A stretch of DNA of 64,000 nt. Source: the human T2T-CHM13v2.0 reference genome, Homo sapiens. Below, one piece after another: positions 60,590 to 64,000 of the stretch; positions within the stretch are counted from its first letter, which is position 1; each line of letters opens with the position of its first letter. The position numbers were made by a program, and so were the translations under genes. The stretch lies in NCBI RefSeq assembly GCF_009914755.1, contig NC_060942.1; one strand, given 5' to 3'. Below the pieces are notes generated by a model. It ran no database searches, was not told the DNA's origin, and worked only from the letters and a program-made list of their open reading frames with translations.

Positions 60590-60935
60590 TCCCAGACCAA
60601 CTCTACTCCTCTCCTAAACTCCTGTTCCATGCCCAGAGGAATCCCTTTTCCAATGACTAGACAGGGGCTGGGGACATTTAGAGGCCCGGGCTCCTTGTCT
60701 CAAGGCTGGACAACTCTGAAAAGCCAACCTAGTCCCAGAGCTCCTTGCAGAATTGGCTGAGGCCACTGTTGCAATCCCATCGAGTTTCCAATATTAATAC
60801 CTCCTGGCCCAACCCAATCTTCTCACCTCCAATAGGTGTTGTTCCTCAGCCTTAGTGGGAAATAGTGTTATTTCCCATTAAACCAGCTATCTGCATGTAA
60901 ATATCAGAGTCTGTTTCCAGTGGAAACCAAACTAC

Positions 60936-60938
<3 letters not shown>
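60590..60938 (+). mobile_element. Old ERVL-type LTR (LTR33/LTR16-like)
   Basis: ggacaactctgaa..cccagagctcc..attggctgaggcc..attaaacc..cagagtctgtttcc 3' motifs. Confidence 0.65.

Positions 60939-61015
<77 letters not shown>
60939..61015. repeat. Compound STR (GT)16 G (GATA)11
   Basis: Counted directly. Confidence 0.97.
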
Positions 61016-61017
<2 letters not shown>

Positions 61018-61077
61018 GATATATGACAGAAGAAAGAAAGACATCCAAAGTTGTAGGTGACCTAGATTGGACAAATA

Positions 61078-61685
61078 TAGCTGTCTCTTGTTGTTGCTGG
61101 AGAATTTGTTCCAAGACCCTCCCTCAAATACCAAAAGCCATGAATGCTCAAGTCTCTGATACAAAGTATTTTCATATAACCTATGCACATCCTCCCCTGT
61201 ACTAATTCAGGGGAAGACCACGAAGAGCCTGTGTTCTCTTTAATAGTCATTTTATTCTCCATTTAAAGCCTTTGCCTCAAAACCCTGCAAGGTTATTCAT
61301 CACTGCCAAATTGGAGTCTGTGAGATTTTCAGAAGAACCATTCATGTTACAAGTTTATATTCAGGTTTCAGTCACTGAGGAATTATTGGTGGCAGTGATC
61401 TTATAATTATCAGTTCTTTATTATCTTGAATATCACTTTATTGGCTTATCTGGTAGTCTCTTTTTAGGATTTGTACACTCTCATCTCTACATTATCTATA
61501 ATACCTAATGCCATGTAAATGTTGGCAAATAGTTGTTACACTGTATTGTTTAGAGAATAATGACAAGGAAACAAATCTGCACATGTTCAGTACAGATGTA
61601 ATCATCCTTTTTTTCCCAAATATTTTTGATCCACAGTTGGTTGAATCTGTGAATGTAAAACCCACAAGTATGGAGGGCTGACCAT
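61078..61685. mobile_element. MER2 (TcMar-Tigger) split by a 277-bp insert
   Basis: The left part ends ataacctatgcacatcctcccctgtact (61203). The right part resumes tcatctctacatt.. (61481) and runs to atggagggctgacc. Confidence 0.85.
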
Positions 61686-62099
61686 ATGTTATACATAATC
61701 TGACACATATTTGTTATATATATACAATATATCATCTAAAACTGAATATTTGTTGCTCCAAATAGCCTCAAAATACGCCCCAAAAATTTATAAAATTTGG
61801 AGGAATTTATTGTTTATAATGAACATTTATCAAAATTAAGTGAATCATCTATTGTTATACTTTTTCATTAAAAAATACAAAGCAGGTATGGATTTAATAT
61901 CTTAATGAACTATTTAGTTTATAATGAAGAATTTCTTGGCATTGCATGCTCAACCCGTTGAGATTATTTGGAGAGTTATGAGCTTTGCAGGAGATATTCA
62001 TAACATTATATATCTAGAATGGGTTAAAATGGATTTCTCACCTTGAGGATAAACATTTATGACTTTATTTTCAGTAGAGTAGTAAAATAAGGACAAGGT

Positions 62100-62250
62100 A
62101 GAAATAAGGAGGCTTGGTTTCACTCCTGCCTGCACCTCTAAATTGTTCTGCAAACTTTTCTGGGTCACTGTGCTTCCTGGCCTCAGTTCCCTATCTGTGG
62201 AATGAAGAAGGTGTCCTTGATGTAATTCCAAATCTAACATTCCATAACTG
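62100..62250 (+). mobile_element. MIR fragment
   Basis: ggcctcagttccctatctgtggaatg core. Confidence 0.55.
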
Positions 62251-63044
62251 TAAGATGACATCCCTAGTCCTTTTATATAATTGTTATAACTATTAAAGAA
62301 TAAAAGTACAGAACAGTAAACTTCTAAAAACACTGCTTCTACAGATGAACTATGGAAATACCTCATTAGTGACACTTTAAAACAATCTGCACTGTACTAA
62401 GAAAATAGTACTTTGCACTATCTGTAGACATAGCAACTAACAGGATGTCTGCCACATAGCACCAGCTGAATACATTCTTGATAAATGAGTAAATGATTGT
62501 TATGTGAATGCATGTTTCCATTCCTGTCATTATCCCACAACAACTCCAAAGGGAATACAATAAATTCTGTCCAATGAATGAGCCCATGTCTCAGATATTT
62601 TACCTTCATCTATTTACTAATCTACCTCACAAAAAATGATATCCTTGTGGAAAGTATTTCAATAGAGAAATAATATCCAACTGTGATCTAAGTATTTTAA
62701 TTAAGCCAACATGTAGTTTAAATTGTTGAGTTGCTGATTAGAGCAATCTTTTTTACTTGTTTTGGAGTGAAAGTGCTTTCAAAATGCTTCCATGAGAATT
62801 GGAGGGCTGCAGACATATGGCCTTATGTGGTGAAATCCAGTTCTTGTTCTTAGACTCAGCAGAGTACAGTTTTTAAAGGGATTTGATGTTTGACATTTCA
62901 GTGGGTTCAGCATAAATGCAGATGGTTGGGGCCCATCTTATGCCTAAAGGTGTTCCTACATGTCTTTTAATGCCTTTACTTTGAAGCTGACCTGATGTCT
63001 TCTCGCTGGCCTTGTGAGATGGGATTTGCTGTCTCCACAATCTC

Positions 63045-63185
63045 AGTTTTGAGTCCCAGCTCCACTACTGATTGGATGTATTTTCTTATCTATAAAATGT
63101 GGATAACCACAGGTGATTATTATATGAGGTTATACCAGTAAACTGCTTAGCATGGTACTTAACATATACTAATGATTTCTATGAA
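63045..63185 (+). mobile_element. MIR fragment
   Basis: gagtcccagctccactact..tttcttatctataaaatg..gtaaactgcttagcatggtact. Confidence 0.7.
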
Positions 63186-64000
63186 TATGTTTGCACAACT
63201 TACTGTGATTATGGTAAAGCATATCATTAAATCCTTGGAATTATTTTTTAATTTATGAAATAACTTTAGATGATTACTAAAAGTTCTGATTTTGAAATTT
63301 TGGAAGTCTACATCTCCTCTTTTATAAACTGATATAACATCAAGTAGATTTTTGTGACTAAGATGTAATTATTTCCACTGTATTTTCAAATATCCAACTG
63401 GAAAGATCACTGAGAAGTATTGCCCAAGTAAGCTGGATATCCCAAAAACTGTGAGCCAAAAAATAATATAGAGATAAGTATCTTGTAGTTGAATACTGAC
63501 TAAAGAAATTATAACATATCAGTGTACTTAAAACACTGTAGAGAAGTAGAGAAGCTAAAAATGAACTGCTCCATGTGTGAATTCTATTGCTACTTGGAAA
63601 TGCGTCTAAGAAACATTACCTGAAAAGAGCAAAATATCAAGGACTCTGAACCACCACTGTCCACAGTGGGCTGTCATGCCAAGTGTAGTTTATGCATCTC
63701 TCCACAGCTGCATTGTTGCCTACAGCCCCACAAGGTGCCTCCATGCTCCGTGGCAGCCGGAAATAGCAATGTCTTCAATCACACGCCTATAAAAGCAAGG
63801 CGACTAAGAGTTCAGACCCCTCAGGGCTAAAGGCCTGGATTATCCAATTGGTCAGACCGGCTGAAATGTTGGTTAGTAGTGAAGAATCTTGAATGGGCAG
63901 TAAAGAAAGAAAATGATAAATACTAATTAGGATCCCAGGACCAGCTGCATGAGGAGAGCCCGTAGCTTGGCTTACAGACCCCCTTTCAATCTTTACAAGA

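Noticed and set aside
63780-63855. TATAAAAG and CCAATTGG as a core promoter
   Set aside because: The CCAAT lies downstream of the TATA on the + strand, there is no CpG island, and isolated motifs are expected by chance.

Overview
Repeat-rich primate genomic DNA, probably human given an AluYa5-lineage element. It looks intergenic or deep-intronic. I find no credible protein-coding gene, RNA gene or CRISPR; the long ORFs in the track come from LTR12, L1 or Alu sequence, or are chance ORFs. Most of the window is nested transposons: an ERV9/LTR12 LTR at the left edge, several L1s (including a full-length ~6.7 kb L1PA7/8-like copy inside a Charlie1a DNA transposon), about 12 Alus, MaLR/ERVL/MER4 LTRs, MER2/MER44/MER58/MADE1 elements, L2/MIR relics and an old class III (ERVL-like) pol fossil. 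The most notable observations are a chain of strong + strand splice signals downstream of the L1 antisense promoter, a TSD-bounded L1PB with a 5'UTR-to-ORF2 deletion, a tail-less young L1 fragment inside an older L1, a symmetric MADE1 hairpin, a 120-bp dispersed duplication and an unidentified 277-bp insert in MER2. I could not support a genuinely new biological system. Subfamily names come from remembered consensus sequences and need RepeatMasker/Dfam confirmation.
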